DNA of 64,000 bases, taken from a virus. Taxonomy: Duplodnaviria > Caudoviricetes. Shown here piece after piece: positions 63,012 to 64,000 of this stretch. The notes under the pieces were generated by a model, which made no database searches, had not been told where the DNA came from, and worked only from the letters and a program-made list of their open reading frames with translations. A program made the position numbers and the translations under genes. Every line of letters starts with the position of its first letter. Position 1 is the stretch's first letter. The DNA is taken from IMG/VR virus record IMGVR_UViG_3300025679_000005; one strand, given 5' to 3'.

Positions 63012-64000
63012 GTTTGGCTCACATTCGGTAGGGTGAAGTAGAAAGTTGCGCCCTTATCTGGTTCCGATTGTGTCCAAATTTCGCCTCGATGGCGTTCCAC
63101 GATCCGTTTGGCAATAGCGAGACCTATGCCCGTACCCGGATACTGCTCTGTCGTGTAAAGTCGTTGGAATACCCCGAAGATGCGTTCTTTGAACTGCATG
63201 TCGAACCCTAGACCGTTGTCGGAGACGGCGATGCAGAGGAAGGCGTCGTCATGGGGGTTAACGTCAACTGAGATCACTAGGGGGCGATCGGGACTACGGT
63301 ACTTGATTGAATTCGAGAAGAGGTTCTGGAAGATCTGGGCCACCATGCTACGGTCGCCCGACACCATCGGTAAATCCTCTGGAATAGAGAATACTACTCC
63401 GGACTCTTCGATGCTCCTGGAGACGGACCGACGAGCCTCTTCGATAGCTACGCCTAGCTGGAACGACCCTTGAGGGGTTGAACGCCCGGCCCTAGAGAAG
63501 GCCAGGAGATCATCAATCTTGCGTTCCATTCGTTTGGTGCTGTCGATGACTTCTTCGAGGAAGTGTTTCCCCAGGTCGTCTAGGGCGTCAGCGTAGCGTT
63601 TTTTGAGGAGGGTGGCATAACCGGCGACCGCTGTCAGGGGTTCTCGCAGATCGTGGCTGGCGATGAAGACGAACTGCTCAAGGTCCTCGCTGTTTTTCAG
63701 GAGGTCATCTTCAGTGCGTTTTTGACCGGTAATATCTTGTAGTTGGATCAAGAGGGCTAACACCTTTTCGTCATGGCGAATCGCAGAGACGTTGATACGG
63801 GCCCAAATCACCACGTTGTCTTTGCGGGTGTAGCGGTACTCGTTTTGCCAATTCTGAAGATTGTGCGTTTCGAACTTGGCCGCCAGGCCTTCCAAGTCCG
63901 GAGCGTCGTCGATGATCAGGTCCTTGTGGTGCTGGTGGAGGATTTCCTCTCCCAGCAACTGAGTCGCTTGATAGTTGGCGGCTAGGACGGCCCCCTCTGG
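63008..64000 (-). CDS. PAS-domain sensor histidine kinase, 5' end outside window
   Basis: ASHDLREP, NLFSNSIK, DNGLG, GTGIGL; frame open to the window edge. Confidence 0.93.
   Translation of the reverse strand, partial: PEGAVLAANYQATQLLGEEILHQHHKDLIIDDAPDLEGLAAKFETHNLQNWQNEYRYTRKDNVVIWARINVSAIRHDEKVLALLIQLQDITGQKRTEDDLLKNSEDLEQFVFIASHDLREPLTAVAGYATLLKKRYADALDDLGKHFLEEVIDSTKRMERKIDDLLAFSRAGRSTPQGSFQLGVAIEEARRSVSRSIEESGVVFSIPEDLPMVSGDRSMVAQIFQNLFSNSIKYRSPDRPLVISVDVNPHDDAFLCIAVSDNGLGFDMQFKERIFGVFQRLYTTEQYPGTGIGLAIAKRIVERHRGEIWTQSEPDKGATFYFTLPNVSQT

Noticed and set aside
1-64000. Genome-wide stop-codon reassignment
   Set aside because: Long genes are intact in the standard code, and many end in TAG or TGA with tight overlaps; only isolated internal stops were seen
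1-64000. CRISPR array
   Set aside because: No regularly spaced direct repeats; recurring GGTTCGA strings are tRNA T loops

Overview
This is a 64 kb segment of a very large (jumbo-type) tailed-phage genome, with no rRNA or housekeeping operons. The NadD, PncB and CCA-like proteins look myxobacterial to me, so a Myxococcota host is a tentative inference. From left to right the window holds: (1) a metabolism and counter-defence region with a deamidated NAD route (pncB, nadD, nadE), an ADP-ribosylglycohydrolase, dut, dcd, groES, phosphatases and RNA-repair-type domains, plus two TnpA-less tnpB genes; (2) probable virion or late proteins sharing an RVxxRY/KxA motif, two sigma-like genes, and a DNA methyltransferase whose single 908-codon frame runs uninterrupted through two nested endonuclease genes; (3) an array of about 40 tRNAs interleaved with HNH endonucleases and many tRNA-like RNAs (minimal, long-armed and circularly permuted); (4) a candidate ubiquitin-like conjugation cassette (E2-like, JAB, Ubl, E1); (5) a two-component system cut by the window edge. 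An amber-suppressor tRNA lies about 0.6 kb from a Pth2-like gene with an in-frame TAG. All calls are from reading the sequence and remembered family motifs; no searches or folding programs were run.
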